38,185 nucleotides of DNA from a bacterium (GCA_044869275.1 JBIOXB010000065.1:1-38185); one strand, 5' to 3'; positions 10,741 through 21,856 are shown, counted from the first letter of the stretch. Program-made: numbers and translations. The notes: a model not told the origin generated them from the sequence alone.

Positions 10741-11723
10741 GCGGCCGCCCGCGCGCTGGCAGCCCCTTCATTTTCAAGTTTCAGCCATTCTCCGAGTGTA
10801 CGAGTTTTGAAGTGCCGCTGCACCCATCCCAAAACGACCAAACCGACCTGTGTGTTGATCTTCCCGTGCCGGAATTGATCCACACGCTCGCAGCACGTTT
10901 TGCCCAGGCCGGCATTTCTTCCTCGCGGGCCGAGGCCGAATGGCTGCTTGCTGCTCTCTTGCATGTCAACCGCAGCGCGCTTTATTTCGACCGGCAGCGT
11001 GTCCTTATGCAGGAGCAAAAAGACAAACTGGAGATTTTTTTCCGCCGCCGTCTGCAACGCGAGCCGTTGCAGTATATCTTGGGACATGGTGAATTTTATG
11101 GCCGCGAGTTCAACCTGAGCCCGGCTGTGCTCATCCCCCGCCCGGAAACGGAGTTATTGGTTGAAAAAGTGATGGCATTGGCGCGCACTCTGCCGGCTCC
11201 ACGAATTGTGGATTTGGGCACGGGCTCGGGGTGTATCGCCATCACGCTCGCATTGGAAATACCCAACGCACAAATCGTGGCCCTCGAAGTCTCAGCCGCA
11301 GCTCTGGAGCTGGCGCGAGAAAACGCGCGGCGCTTGCACGCGGTGGAAAGGATTGAGTTTCTGCAAGCTGATATGTGTGCCCCGGCAGAATGGCCTTCCG
11401 CCCTTCGCTGCGACATGGTCGTTTCCAATCCGCCCTATGTACTGCACGAGGAAAGCGCAGAACTTCAACCTGAAGTCCGCGACCACGAGCCGAAAATCGC
11501 GCTGTATGTGGAGGGTGAAGGCTTGAAGTTTTATCGCTGCATTTTGGATTTCTGCCAAGCGCATCTCAAACCCGGCGGGTGGGCGGCCTGTGAAATGGCG
11601 AGCCCGCGCAGCGCGAAGATCGAAGCATTGTTCCGGCAATCCTGGTTTGGAGATCGCCTCGAAATCGTGCACGACTACGCCGGCTTGCCCCGGCATATCA
11701 TCGGCCAATGGCAAAACAAATAA
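10737..11723 (+). CDS. prmC: Release factor glutamine methyltransferase; start uncertain (GTG 10812 or 10866 also possible)
   Basis: 'EPLQYILG', 'VLIPRPETE', '[10 protein letters not shown]', NPPY; directly follows prfA. Confidence 0.95.
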   Translation: MSGRPRAGSPFIFKFQPFSECTSFEVPLHPSQNDQTDLCVDLPVPELIHTLAARFAQAGISSSRAEAEWLLAALLHVNRSALYFDRQRVLMQEQKDKLEIFFRRRLQREPLQYILGHGEFYGREFNLSPAVLIPRPETELLVEKVMALARTLPAPRIVDLGTGSGCIAITLALEIPNAQIVALEVSAAALELARENARRLHAVERIEFLQADMCAPAEWPSALRCDMVVSNPPYVLHEESAELQPEVRDHEPKIALYVEGEGLKFYRCILDFCQAHLKPGGWAACEMASPRSAKIEALFRQSWFGDRLEIVHDYAGLPRHIIGQWQNK

Positions 11724-11734
11724 AGGAGGCTCAG

Positions 11735-13147
11735 GTGATCAGCAGCAATATTTTTCGGGAATATGATATTCGCGGCATCGCCGATAGCGACTTGACCGAT
11801 GAAAACGTCACACTCCTCGGTAAAGCGTTTGCGACGTACATGCTGGCACAAGGCCGGAAGCGCTTGGTTTTAGGCCGCGACTTGCGCCTTTCTTCCGACC
11901 GCCTGCGCGACGCGCTGCTGGAAGGCATGTTGCCCTGCGGCGTGCACATCCTGGACGTCGGCGTCGTGCCCACCCCGGCGCAGTATTTTGCCATCGTGCA
12001 TGAGCAGGCGGAGGGCGGCGTGATGATCACCGGCAGCCACAATCCGCGCGAATACAACGGTTTCAAATTGTCCACGGGCGTAAAAAACGAAGACGGCCAG
12101 GTCAGCGTCGGCGCGATTTACGGCAAGGATATTCAGCAACTCTATCAAATCATACAAACTGGCAAATTTGCCAGTGGCAAAGGCACGATCGCCACGGTCG
12201 AGATTGTGCCCGATTACATGCAGGCGATCAAGCAGCGCGTGCAACTGGGCAAGAAACTCAAGATCGTGATCGATCCGGGCAACGGTTGCGGAGCGCTGTT
12301 TGGGCCGCAATTGTGGCGCGAGATGGGCTGCGAAGTGGTGTGCTTGTATTGCGAGCCGGATGGCAGTTTCCCGAATCATTTGCCCGACCCCACGGTGATG
12401 AAATACCTCAAGGATTTGCGCGCGAAAGTTGTGGAAGTGCAAGCCGACCTCGGTATCGGTTATGACGGCGACGCCGACCGCTTGGGCATCATCGACAATC
12501 TCGGCCGGCCGGTTTTTGCCGATAAATTGCTCGCCTTATTCGCGCGTGATACCCTCACCCGCCATCCCGGAGCCAAAATCGTATTCGATGTGAAATGCAG
12601 CCAGGCGTTGCCCGAATTCATCCAGGCCCACGGCGGGGTACCGCTCATGTGGAAAACCGGCCATTCGCTGCTCAAAGCGAAAATGAAAGATGAACACGCA
12701 CCGCTTGCCGGTGAAATGAGCGGCCACATTTTTATTGGGGACGGTTATTTCGGTTTCGATGACGCGCTTTTTTGCAGCGGCCGCATGATGCAAATCCTCA
12801 CCCATTCCGGCAAGACCATGGCGCAATTACACGACGAAGTGCCGGCATTCGTTTCCACGCCGGAAATTCGCGTGGACACCACGGACGAGGACAAATTCAA
12901 CATCGTGGCGGATCTCGTCGCGTATTTCAAGAGAAGTTATAAAGTGATCGATATCGACGGCGCGCGCGCGCTGTTCGGGGACGGGTGGGGCCTGGTGCGC
13001 GCCTCGAACACGCAACCGGTGCTGGTCATGCGCTTCGAGGCCAAGACCGTCGAGCGGTTGCGCGAAATCGTCGAGATTTTCAAAAAGAAGCTGCGCGCAT
13101 TTCCTTCCGTTAAATTCTCGGATGCCGATTTCGAGGTCGCCAGCTAA
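11735..13147 (+). CDS. Phosphomannomutase/phosphoglucomutase (AlgC-like)
   Basis: 'IFREYDIRG', 'TGSHNP', 'DGDADR', 'GEMSGH'; SD AAGGAGG before GTG 11735. Confidence 0.93.
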   Translation: MISSNIFREYDIRGIADSDLTDENVTLLGKAFATYMLAQGRKRLVLGRDLRLSSDRLRDALLEGMLPCGVHILDVGVVPTPAQYFAIVHEQAEGGVMITGSHNPREYNGFKLSTGVKNEDGQVSVGAIYGKDIQQLYQIIQTGKFASGKGTIATVEIVPDYMQAIKQRVQLGKKLKIVIDPGNGCGALFGPQLWREMGCEVVCLYCEPDGSFPNHLPDPTVMKYLKDLRAKVVEVQADLGIGYDGDADRLGIIDNLGRPVFADKLLALFARDTLTRHPGAKIVFDVKCSQALPEFIQAHGGVPLMWKTGHSLLKAKMKDEHAPLAGEMSGHIFIGDGYFGFDDALFCSGRMMQILTHSGKTMAQLHDEVPAFVSTPEIRVDTTDEDKFNIVADLVAYFKRSYKVIDIDGARALFGDGWGLVRASNTQPVLVMRFEAKTVERLREIVEIFKKKLRAFPSVKFSDADFEVAS

Positions 13148-13156
13148 GGAGCACCC

Positions 13157-14506
13157 ATGTCGCAACTTATGATCAGCATCTCGGGCGTCCGCGGCGTCGT
13201 GGGCGAAGGGCTTACGCCGGAAGTCGCGCTCTCATTTGCGCAGGCCTTTGGAACGTATTGCAAGGGCGGCAGAGTCGTTGTGGGCCGCGACTCGCGTGTG
13301 TCCGGTCCCATGCTCCAGCATATTGTCACCGCAGGCCTGATGGCCACCGGCTGTGAGGTCATCGATATCGGTATTGCGCCCACTCCCACCACCCAGCTCG
13401 CCACCGAAAATCTGCACGCCGCAGGCGGCGTGATTCTCACCGCGAGCCACAATCCCGTCATGTGGAACGGCCTGAAATTGCTTGCCCCGGACGGCTTGTT
13501 TCTCGACGGCGAGCAAGGCGCCCAAGTGCTGCGCATTCGCGAGCAGCAAAAATATGCGACAAAGACCTGGGAAGGCCTGGGCAAGTCTTCGGTCTATGAA
13601 AAAGCGATTGGCGATCATCTGCAGGCGGTGATCAATTTGCCTTTTCTCGATATCGCCGGTATGCGCCGCAGAAAATTCCGCGTGGTGGCCGATTGCGTGC
13701 ACGGCGCCGGCGGCGTGATCGTTCCTCCATTACTCGAGCAACTGGGCTGCGAGGCGATATATTTGAATCTCGAGCCGCATGGGCGCTTTCCGCGCAATCC
13801 CGAGCCGCTGCCGGAAAATCTCGGGCAGCTGGCCGAGGCCGTGAAAGCGCAGCGCGCCGACCTGGGAGTCGCGGTCGATCCTGACGCCGACCGCATGGCC
13901 CTGGTGTCGGAAAAAGGCGTGCCGCTGGGTGAGGAATACACGCTGGCGCTGGCCGTTGATTTCATGCTCAATCTCAAAAAAGGAAAAGTCGCGACGAATG
14001 TTTCAACCTCGTTAGCGATTGATGATATCGCCGCAAAGCATGGGTGTGTGGTAGAACGGACCCGGGTCGGTGAAATCAACGTCGCCAAGCGCATGCGTGA
14101 GATCGGCGCAGTCATCGGCGGGGAGGGCAATGGCGGCGTGATGTTACCGGACGTGCATCTCGGCCGCGATGCGATGGTGGGCATCGCCCTCATTTTGCAG
14201 CATCTCGCGAATTTCTCCCGCCCCTTGAGCGAACTACATGCTGCTCTGCCGCAATACGCCATGTGCCGCCGCAAAATCGAGCTGCAAGAGCGTGATCAAG
14301 CCCAGGCGGTTCTCCCGAAAATTTTAGTGAAGTATGCGCATGAAAAAATCGACACGCTCGACGGCGTGAAGATTCTGCGTGACAAATCCTGGGTGCAGGT
14401 GCGCGCCTCCAACACCGAGCCGATCATGCGTATCATGGCGGAAGCCCCCACCGCTGCCGAGGCTGAAAAGCTCTGTGAGGAGCTGATCAGCTTCATCTCC
14501 ACTTGA
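13157..14506 (+). CDS. glmM: Phosphoglucosamine mutase
   Basis: 'SISGVRGVVG', 'TASHNP', 'DPDADR', 'GGEGNGG', 'RASNTEP'. Confidence 0.85.
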   Translation: MSQLMISISGVRGVVGEGLTPEVALSFAQAFGTYCKGGRVVVGRDSRVSGPMLQHIVTAGLMATGCEVIDIGIAPTPTTQLATENLHAAGGVILTASHNPVMWNGLKLLAPDGLFLDGEQGAQVLRIREQQKYATKTWEGLGKSSVYEKAIGDHLQAVINLPFLDIAGMRRRKFRVVADCVHGAGGVIVPPLLEQLGCEAIYLNLEPHGRFPRNPEPLPENLGQLAEAVKAQRADLGVAVDPDADRMALVSEKGVPLGEEYTLALAVDFMLNLKKGKVATNVSTSLAIDDIAAKHGCVVERTRVGEINVAKRMREIGAVIGGEGNGGVMLPDVHLGRDAMVGIALILQHLANFSRPLSELHAALPQYAMCRRKIELQERDQAQAVLPKILVKYAHEKIDTLDGVKILRDKSWVQVRASNTEPIMRIMAEAPTAAEAEKLCEELISFIST

Positions 14507-14530
14507 GCCAGAAAATTTTGGGATCTTGCC

Positions 14531-14559
14531 TTGCATTCGTAGCGATGAAATCGTAGATT
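14531..14559 (+). promoter_or_regulatory. Sigma-70-type promoter candidate
   Basis: TTGCAT-N17-TAGATT upstream of the Uma2 fragment and rnr. Confidence 0.45.
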
Positions 14560-14686
14560 TGTACGTTGCTCAGGCGTTTAGGCTATATTCTACAGAAGAA
14601 AGGGTAAGCGGATTCGAGGGTGGGGATAGCATTTGGACCCGACCATCATGTCCGTTCAATCCGTTTACAAAAGGGTGGTGAAATTC

Positions 14687-15130
14687 ATGCCCTCCAAGAA
14701 AACGAAAAAGTCCGATCTCGTCAACAAGAAGAAACTTTACGCCTGGCTTGGCGTCAAAGAGTATTTTCTGTTCGATCCGTTCGGCGAATATTTGAAACCA
14801 CGGCTCACGGGTTTTCAGCTTCAGGGCGGAGAATATACCTCCATTTTACCGCAAGGCCACGAGCCGAGATTGCACAGCGAATATTTGAGCTTGGATTTGG
14901 TTCCTGAGGGCGGTCGGCTGCGCTTTTGGAATGCGCGCGTTCGCGCGTTTCTGCCCACCTACGAAGAAGTGGATGAGCAGCGCAAGCTGGAGGCGGAGGC
15001 GCGTCGCCTGGAGGCCAAGACGCTTGAGCACGAAGTGAAGGCGCGCGAACGCGAAACCGAAGCGCGCCGTGCGGCGGAAGCCGAAGTTGCTCGCCTGAGG
15101 AAAGAATTAGCGCAATCGCGTCAAGAATAA
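14687..15130 (+). pseudogene. N-terminally truncated Uma2-family (PD-(D/E)xK) nuclease with coiled-coil tail
   Basis: 'SKKTKKSDLVNKKKLYAWLGVKEYFLFDP' is the Uma2 C-terminal half; PD and E-x-x-S catalytic motifs are absent; tail 'RRAAEAEVARLRKEL'. Confidence 0.7.
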
Positions 15131-15146
15131 GGAACACAGAATTTCT

Positions 15147-17327
15147 ATGCACAATCTCGCCGATCGCGTGATCGATCACCTCACCCGCGAAAATCATCGC
15201 CACTTCAAGGCCAAGGAACTGGGGCGCCTGCTGCGCGTGCCACCGAACCAATACTCCGAATTTCGCAATCTGCTCAAGCGGTTGTCACGGGAGGGCAGAA
15301 TTGCGAAGTTTCCCCGCAATCAATTCGGCTTTGCGAACCCCTCCTCAACCGTGACCGGCACGCTGCACGTCAAAAGCCAGGGTTACGGCTTTCTGATCGC
15401 CGGCGAAGGGCAGGAGGATGTTTTCATCTCGCAGAAAAACATGAGCACCGCGCTGAACGGCGACACGGTGAGAGTCCAGCACTTTGCCAGCCCCAGCGGG
15501 CGCAGGGCCGAAGGCCGCGTGGTGGAAATCCTCAAGCGCGGCCGCAAGAACATTGTCGGCATGCTGCGGCAAGGCAAACATTATTTTCACGTCAAGCCGG
15601 ATGACATCAAGCTGCTGCGCGACATCATGATTCCGGCCGAATACCTCAACGGCGCCAAGCCCGGGCAGAAGGTCGCGGTGGTCATCGAAGCTTGGGAGGA
15701 CGAATACCAACCGCCCGAAGGACGCGTCGTGCAAGTTCTGGGCTTTCCCAGCGACCCCGGCGTCGATGTGCTCTCCGTCGCATTCTCCTTTGATTTGCCC
15801 GGCGTATTTCCCGTCGCGGTGGAAAACGAGGCGGCGTCTTGCGAGATTGAGATTACGCCGGAACTTTTGGCGCAGCGCGCCGACTTGCGCGGGCACCTGA
15901 CGTTTACGATCGATCCCGAGGACGCCAAAGATTTTGACGATGCCGTCCACTTACTCCCGCTCGAAAACGGGAACTTCGAGCTGGGCGTGCATATCGCCGA
16001 CGTCAGCCACTTCGTGCAAGAGAATTCGGGTCTCGATCGCGAAGCCTGGGCGCGCGCGACTTCGATCTATCTCGTGGATCGTGTGATTCCCATGCTGCCG
16101 GAAAGGCTGAGCAACGAACTGTGCAGCCTGAAACCACAAGTGGACCGTCTCACCTATTCCTGCATCATGGAGGTCACGCCCAAAGGCAAGGTCGTCAACT
16201 ACCGCATCACGGAAAGCGTCATCAACAGCAAGCGCCGCTTCAGCTATGAAGAAGTGCAGGAGATTCTCGACGGCAAGCGCTCCGCCGGCCCCGAGCTCGA
16301 TCGTACGCTGCAGGAGATGAATCGCCTCGCGCACATTTTGACGAAGCGCCGCCTGCGCAACGGCAGCCTCGATTTCGACACGCCGGAAGTGAAAGTGATT
16401 CTGGACGATCAGGGCCTTCCCATCGACATTCGCCGCAAGCCGCGCCAGGATTCGAACCGCTTGATCGAAGAATACATGCTGCTGGCAAATCAAACCGTGG
16501 CGCAACACGTGCAAACGCTGGCTTCGAAAAAGAAAGAGATTCCGCCGCTGATCTATCGCATTCACGAGCAGCCCAGCCAGACCAAGATGGCAGAATTCGC
16601 GCTGTTTGTGAAGGCGCTGGGCTACAAATTCGATCACCAACAAAGCGTGACCAGCAAGCTGCTCAGCGATTTCTTGAAAGAGATTGCGGGCACGCCAGAA
16701 GCCGATATTGTCCAGAAGGTGATGCTGCGCTCTTTGATGAAGGCAAAGTATTCCACGGAAAATGCCGGGCATTTTGGCCTGGCCTTCCGCCACTACTCGC
16801 ATTTCACTTCGCCCATACGCCGTTATCCCGACCTGATCCTGCATCGCACGCTGAAAGCCTATGCCCGGGGCTACCAACCGGAACTTCGGGAATCCTACCA
16901 GCGTAAGCTGGGGCAAGCCGCGCAACAAGCCTCGGAACGCGAATTGGTCGCGCTGGAGGCGGAACGCGCGTCCGTCAAGATGAAGCAAGCGGAATACATG
17001 CTGCGCCATCTTGGCGAGGAATTTGACGGCCTGATTTCCGGTGTGGTGGCGTTCGGTATTTTTGTCGAGATTCCAAAATTATTGGTTGAAGGTTTGGTGC
17101 ATATTAGCGATCTTGAAGACGACTACTATATTTTTGAAGAAAAGATGTACCGGCTCAAAGGCCAAAAGAGCGGCCGCGTCTATCGCCTCGGCGATCCGGT
17201 GCGTGTGAGAGTCGTCAAAGCGGATCCCAACGAGCGTATTTTGGATTTCTTGTTGGTGAAACCGCCCCACCGGAAGGACGCGCGCCCAGACAAAAAAGAA
17301 TCGCGCCAACAGCGGAGGAAAAGATAA
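15147..17327 (+). CDS. rnr: Ribonuclease R
   Basis: Cold-shock domains, RNB 'TIDPEDAKDFDDA', 'HFTSPIRRYPDL', S1 domain, basic tail. Confidence 0.97.
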   Translation: MHNLADRVIDHLTRENHRHFKAKELGRLLRVPPNQYSEFRNLLKRLSREGRIAKFPRNQFGFANPSSTVTGTLHVKSQGYGFLIAGEGQEDVFISQKNMSTALNGDTVRVQHFASPSGRRAEGRVVEILKRGRKNIVGMLRQGKHYFHVKPDDIKLLRDIMIPAEYLNGAKPGQKVAVVIEAWEDEYQPPEGRVVQVLGFPSDPGVDVLSVAFSFDLPGVFPVAVENEAASCEIEITPELLAQRADLRGHLTFTIDPEDAKDFDDAVHLLPLENGNFELGVHIADVSHFVQENSGLDREAWARATSIYLVDRVIPMLPERLSNELCSLKPQVDRLTYSCIMEVTPKGKVVNYRITESVINSKRRFSYEEVQEILDGKRSAGPELDRTLQEMNRLAHILTKRRLRNGSLDFDTPEVKVILDDQGLPIDIRRKPRQDSNRLIEEYMLLANQTVAQHVQTLASKKKEIPPLIYRIHEQPSQTKMAEFALFVKALGYKFDHQQSVTSKLLSDFLKEIAGTPEADIVQKVMLRSLMKAKYSTENAGHFGLAFRHYSHFTSPIRRYPDLILHRTLKAYARGYQPELRESYQRKLGQAAQQASERELVALEAERASVKMKQAEYMLRHLGEEFDGLISGVVAFGIFVEIPKLLVEGLVHISDLEDDYYIFEEKMYRLKGQKSGRVYRLGDPVRVRVVKADPNERILDFLLVKPPHRKDARPDKKESRQQRRKR

Positions 17328-17629
17328 TGTCCACACACCGCCTTTTTGGTTTCCGGAAAAAGCAGGCGACGGCTATGCGCGCTGCGGACAGGAGGGCGCC
17401 GGCCGGCAATGGCCATTCGGTAGATGCCCAGCAGCCTTTTTCCGACGGCAGCGAAGAGTTTTTTGAAGAGTTCACCCGCCGCGAAGATTTTTCGCGCACG
17501 CGCGACCACGCCGGATTTCTGGTTGGCTTGGGCCTGGCGCTGGGTTTGTTTTTGAGTGTTGGCGCCATTATGTTTTTGCGCCACAACAGAACCAAGCTGC
17601 CCCGGCGCTCGCGCCGGTTCCTTGGGTAA
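17327..17629 (+). CDS. Hypothetical 100-aa single-pass membrane protein
   Basis: TAATG stop/start overlap with rnr, SD GGAGG, TM segment 'FLVGLGLALGLFLSVGAIMFL', Arg-rich tail. Confidence 0.6.
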   Translation: MSTHRLFGFRKKQATAMRAADRRAPAGNGHSVDAQQPFSDGSEEFFEEFTRREDFSRTRDHAGFLVGLGLALGLFLSVGAIMFLRHNRTKLPRRSRRFLG

Positions 17630-17752
17630 TGTTCCGATTTTTTTCAAGGGCAAGGGCTTTCCCTGCCCTGAACACTCTTCAAGCCAAAGTTATTTCTTGC
17701 CTGAAACAACAAATCTGCCCCCACCGTCGTGCAAAATCGGGGGAATTTTTCA

Positions 17753-17781
17753 TTGTCTATTTGATCGAAAATTGATACATT
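17753..17781 (+). promoter_or_regulatory. Sigma-70-type promoter candidate for lepA
   Basis: TTGTCT-N17-TACATT. Confidence 0.4.
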
Positions 17782-17871
17782 TCTGGCCAATTTGCCCTGC
17801 AAAACATGCCGGCGCCAAACGGCATCCGGGGGAGGAAGAAGCATCATTTTTATTCGATAGATTCGTTTTTT

Positions 17872-19668
17872 ATGCCTGACCACATTCGCAATTTTTGCAT
17901 CATCGCGCATATCGATCACGGTAAATCGACACTGGCCGACCGCTTTCTCGAGTACACCCATACTTTGCGCAAGGAAGAGATGGTGGCGCAAACACTGGAC
18001 AACATGGACCTCGAGCGCGAGCGCGGCATTACTATCAAGCTGCACGCCGTGACCATGAACTACGCCGCGCCCGACGGCAAAAAGTATGTCTTGAATTTGA
18101 TCGACACGCCCGGCCACGTCGATTTCAGCTACGAAGTTTCGCGCAGCCTGGCCGCGTGCGAGGGTGCGATTTTGGTGGTGGATGCTTCACAGGGTGTGGA
18201 AGCGCAGACCATTTCCAACCTTTATCTCGCACTGGAACACAACCTCACCATCATTCCCGTCATCAACAAGATCGATTTGCAGGGCGCGCAAATCGACGTG
18301 GTAAAAAAACAAATCATCGACATTTTGGGCATCGACGAGCACGAGATTATTCTGGCCAGCGCGAAGCAAGGCGTGGGCATGGAAGAAATCATCAATGCTG
18401 TCGTCGCGCGCATCCCGCCGCCACAGGGTGATCCCCATGCGCCTGTGCGCGCGCTGATTTTTGATTCCGTCTTTGATAGTTATCGCGGCGCCATCGCCTA
18501 CGTGCGCGTGGTGGACGGCGATTTGAAGCCGGGCATGCGCATCCGTTTTTTTTCCACGGGCAAGGAGTTCGAGGTGTCCGAAGTGGGCGTGATGAAGGTG
18601 CGCAAAATTCCCGCCGACGCGCTGACCGCCGGCGAAGTCGGCTACTGCATTGCCGGCGTCAAAGAGGTGCGTGACACTAAAGTGGGTGACACGCTCACGG
18701 CGGCGGATAATCCCGCGCGCGAGCCGCTGCCGGGTTATCGCGAAGTGAAGCCCATGGTGTTCAGCGGCATCTTTCCCACGGTTTCCGAGCAATTCGAAGA
18801 ATTGCGCAACGCGCTCGACAAGCTGCGCCTGAATGACTCCTCGTTGATGTACGAACCCGAAAGCTCGGTAGCAATGGGCTTCGGTTTTCGCTGCGGTTTT
18901 TTGGGATTGCTGCACCTCGAGATTGTGCAGGAAAGATTGGAACGCGAGTACGATCTCGACATTCTCACCACCGTGCCGAACGTCGAGTATTGGATTTACA
19001 AAACCAACGGCGAAAAGCTGGTGGTCGACAATCCCGCGCTGATGCCGGAGGCGGGTCTCATCGATCACGTGGAAGAGCCTTACATTCGCGCACAGATTAT
19101 CGCGCCCTCGGAGTTCATCGGCAACGTCATGAAGCTGGCCCAGGACCGCCGCGGCGTTCACAAAAATACCAGCTACATCGATCCCACGCGCGTGGATTTG
19201 ACCTACGAATTTCCGCTCGCGGAGATCATATTCGATTTCTACGACAAGCTGAAGTCTTCCACCAAAGGCTATGCCTCGCTGGACTATGAGTTCACCGGTT
19301 ATCGCGATGGGGATTTGGTCAAGCTCGACATTTTGATCAACGGCGACCCGGTGGATGCGCTATCGCACATCGTGGACAAGGAAAAGGCCTATGATTGGGG
19401 CCGCAAGATTTGCGAGAAGCTGCGCGAATTGATTCCGCGGCAAATGTTCGAAGTTGCGATACAAGCCGCGATCGGCTCGCGCATCATCGCGCGCGAGAGT
19501 GTGCGGCCCATGCGCAAGAACGTCACGGCCAAGTGCTATGGCGGCGACATCACGCGCAAGCGCAAGCTGCTCGAGCGCCAGAAAGAAGGCAAGAAGCGCA
19601 TGAAGCAGCTCGGCCGCGTCGAGATTCCACAGGAAGCGTTTTTAGCCGTGCTAAAGGTGGAACATTAG
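17872..19668 (+). CDS. lepA: Translation elongation factor 4
   Basis: '[20 protein letters not shown]', 'ERERGITIK', DTPGH, NKID, '[15 protein letters not shown]'. Confidence 0.99.
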   Translation: MPDHIRNFCIIAHIDHGKSTLADRFLEYTHTLRKEEMVAQTLDNMDLERERGITIKLHAVTMNYAAPDGKKYVLNLIDTPGHVDFSYEVSRSLAACEGAILVVDASQGVEAQTISNLYLALEHNLTIIPVINKIDLQGAQIDVVKKQIIDILGIDEHEIILASAKQGVGMEEIINAVVARIPPPQGDPHAPVRALIFDSVFDSYRGAIAYVRVVDGDLKPGMRIRFFSTGKEFEVSEVGVMKVRKIPADALTAGEVGYCIAGVKEVRDTKVGDTLTAADNPAREPLPGYREVKPMVFSGIFPTVSEQFEELRNALDKLRLNDSSLMYEPESSVAMGFGFRCGFLGLLHLEIVQERLEREYDLDILTTVPNVEYWIYKTNGEKLVVDNPALMPEAGLIDHVEEPYIRAQIIAPSEFIGNVMKLAQDRRGVHKNTSYIDPTRVDLTYEFPLAEIIFDFYDKLKSSTKGYASLDYEFTGYRDGDLVKLDILINGDPVDALSHIVDKEKAYDWGRKICEKLRELIPRQMFEVAIQAAIGSRIIARESVRPMRKNVTAKCYGGDITRKRKLLERQKEGKKRMKQLGRVEIPQEAFLAVLKVEH

Positions 19669-19693
19669 TTCGAGATGAGGTTTCATTTCTGCT

Positions 19694-19740
19694 TTGCACA
19701 TTACACGTTACACATTACACGTGTAAAGTGTAACGTGTAA
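19694..19740. repeat. Inverted heptamer tandem array (TTACACG / CGTGTAA)
   Basis: TTGCACA TTACACG TTACACA TTACAC|GTGTAA AGTGTAA CGTGTAA. Confidence 0.85.
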
Positions 19741-19796
19741 AATCTTATCGTCACGTATGCAAAATTAATTTGTCCGTTTTGAAAGGTCCTCGTGCA

Positions 19797-20567
19797 ATGC
19801 CCGAATACGCTGTGAAAACGAATACGAGCAGAGAAACGTCTACGCCGCGGCCGAAGAGTCAAATTCGCGAGTACACCGAGGCCGGATTGGTCGCTTTGAT
19901 TGCCGCCTTGTTGTTGCGCACTTTTGTCGTGCAGGCGTTTCGCATCCCGACGGGATCGATGAAGGACACCTTATTGATCGGCGACTTTTTGCTGGTCAAT
20001 AAGTTCGTCTATGGCGCACGCACGCCCGACGGCATCCCGTTTACTGATATTACGCTGCGGTTCTGGCGCTTACCCGCGATCAAACAACCCGAACGCGGTG
20101 AGATCGTCGTCTTCAAGTATCCGCGCGACCAGAAACTGGATTACATTAAGCGCTGCATCGCGGTGAGCGGGCAAACGATAGAGGTGCGCGACGGCCTGGC
20201 TTATATTGACGGTGAGCCTGAAGGCCAAAGCGAGCTCATCAAAAAAGAGTATGACCCGCAAGAGACCCATTATATTCTCTATTACAAAATCACGACGAAA
20301 AGCGGCCAGGTGTATACCATCCGGCATTACGCCGATCATCATTTACCCAGTGAGAATTACGGCCCGGTACGTGTGCCCGAGGGGCACTATTTCATGATGG
20401 GCGACAATCGCGACAATAGCGCGGACAGCCGGGTCTGGGGATTTCTGCCCGCGCACAATGTGGTCGGCGAAGCCATGGTGATTTATTGGTCTTGGGACGC
20501 CGACGAGCCTCTGCACAAACTGCTGTCGAAAGTGCGCTGGTCGAGGATCGGCAATCTCATCAAATGA
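19797..20567 (+). CDS. lepB: Signal peptidase I
   Basis: 'IPTGSM', 'DYIKRC', 'GDNRDNSADSR'; follows lepA. Confidence 0.97.
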   Translation: MPEYAVKTNTSRETSTPRPKSQIREYTEAGLVALIAALLLRTFVVQAFRIPTGSMKDTLLIGDFLLVNKFVYGARTPDGIPFTDITLRFWRLPAIKQPERGEIVVFKYPRDQKLDYIKRCIAVSGQTIEVRDGLAYIDGEPEGQSELIKKEYDPQETHYILYYKITTKSGQVYTIRHYADHHLPSENYGPVRVPEGHYFMMGDNRDNSADSRVWGFLPAHNVVGEAMVIYWSWDADEPLHKLLSKVRWSRIGNLIK

Positions 20568-20580
20568 ACGGCGGGAATTA

Positions 20581-20671
20581 TGGATTGATGGATTTTTGGA
20601 TTACTGGATTGATGGGACCCCAACAATCCAGCTATCCACTAATCCATTACTCTATTACTCCAGTAATCCAT
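20581..20671. repeat. Inverted octamer tandem array (TGGATTNN / TAATCCAN)
   Basis: Four TGGATTNN units, a short spacer, then six inverted degenerate units. Confidence 0.85.
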
Positions 20672-20700
20672 TGATCTGACTCTCCTGTCGGAGGTTGCGC

Positions 20701-21843
20701 ATGCCCGGCGCGGCGTTGTATATTCACATTCCTTTTTGCGAAAAGCGCTGCCTCTATTGCGATTTTTACACCATCGCCGGAGTCGAAAATCGCATTCCGG
20801 ATTATATTGCCGGCCTGAAAACAGAAATGCGGTTGCGTGCCGCGGCCTCTTTCTGGCAGAAACAAACCTTCGAAACGATTTTCTTTGGAGGTGGCACGCC
20901 TTCTCTTCTCTCGCCTGCCCAAATTTCTGAAATCCTCGCGCAGTGTTTTGCGCATTTTAATTTTGCCGCCGGAATCGAAATCACTCTCGAAACCAATCCG
21001 GGCACGGTCACCTCGGAACAACTGGCGCACTATCGCGCAATTGGCATCAACCGTGTCAGCCTCGGCGTGCAATCCTTTGATGCGGAAGAGCTAAAAATGC
21101 TCGATCGCGTGCATTCGCCGGGGCAAGCGATTGCCGTGGCCAAGGCGGCGCGCGACGCCGGTTTTGAGAACTTCAATTTGGATTTCATCTTTGCTCTGCC
21201 CGGACAGACACTCGAGCGCTGGCAGGCAACCCTGGAGCAGGCGATGGCATTGGCTCCGCCACATCTTTCCGCTTATAATTTGACCATCGAAACCGGCACG
21301 CCGCTCGAACTTGCCGTTCGCCACGGCCGGCTGGCGCCGCTTTCGGAGGAGACGGAACGCGAGTTTTACGCGTGCACGATCGATTTTCTGCGCGCGCACG
21401 GCTATCGCCACTACGAAGTCTCCAATTTCGCCCAGCCGGAGCACGAAGCCAGGCACAATCTCAAATACTGGGACGGCAGTGCTTACCTCGGCCTCGGCGC
21501 CTCGGCGCATTCCTATGACGGCCGGCGGCGTTTTTGGAACGCAGCCAATCTGCGCAAATACCTGGAAGCGCTCGCGGCGAATCGTTTAGCCGAAGCAGGA
21601 GAAGAGGAATTGACACGCCGCCAGCTCATGTTCGAATTTGCCTTTCTCGGCCTGCGCCAGATGCACGGCATTGACCTGCGTGCTTTTGCGCAAAAATTTC
21701 AGAAGTCTTTTGAGGAAGCCTTCAAGGGCGTTGCCGGAGAACTGCAACAGGAGGGTTTATTGGTGTGCGAGCAAGATCACCTGCGCCTGTCGCGCGAGGG
21801 GATGTTTTTGTGCGATGCGATTTGTATGAAATTGGCGATTTGA
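20701..21843 (+). CDS. hemW: Radical SAM heme chaperone HemW
   Basis: 'LYIHIPFCEKRCLYCDF' (CxxxCxxC), 'GGGTPS', 'HYEVSNFA', 'HNLKYW'. Confidence 0.93.
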   Translation: MPGAALYIHIPFCEKRCLYCDFYTIAGVENRIPDYIAGLKTEMRLRAAASFWQKQTFETIFFGGGTPSLLSPAQISEILAQCFAHFNFAAGIEITLETNPGTVTSEQLAHYRAIGINRVSLGVQSFDAEELKMLDRVHSPGQAIAVAKAARDAGFENFNLDFIFALPGQTLERWQATLEQAMALAPPHLSAYNLTIETGTPLELAVRHGRLAPLSEETEREFYACTIDFLRAHGYRHYEVSNFAQPEHEARHNLKYWDGSAYLGLGASAHSYDGRRRFWNAANLRKYLEALAANRLAEAGEEELTRRQLMFEFAFLGLRQMHGIDLRAFAQKFQKSFEEAFKGVAGELQQEGLLVCEQDHLRLSREGMFLCDAICMKLAI

Positions 21844-21856
21844 GCCGCGCGGATGT

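Noticed and set aside
11735..14506. Tandem phosphohexomutases as a recent duplication
   Set aside because: They are divergent subfamilies (PMM/PGM versus GlmM-type); ordinary housekeeping.
14600..14642. tRNA-like fragment or integration site near the Uma2 relic
   Set aside because: Only a short GGGT/ACCC pairing; no cloverleaf or T-arm consensus.
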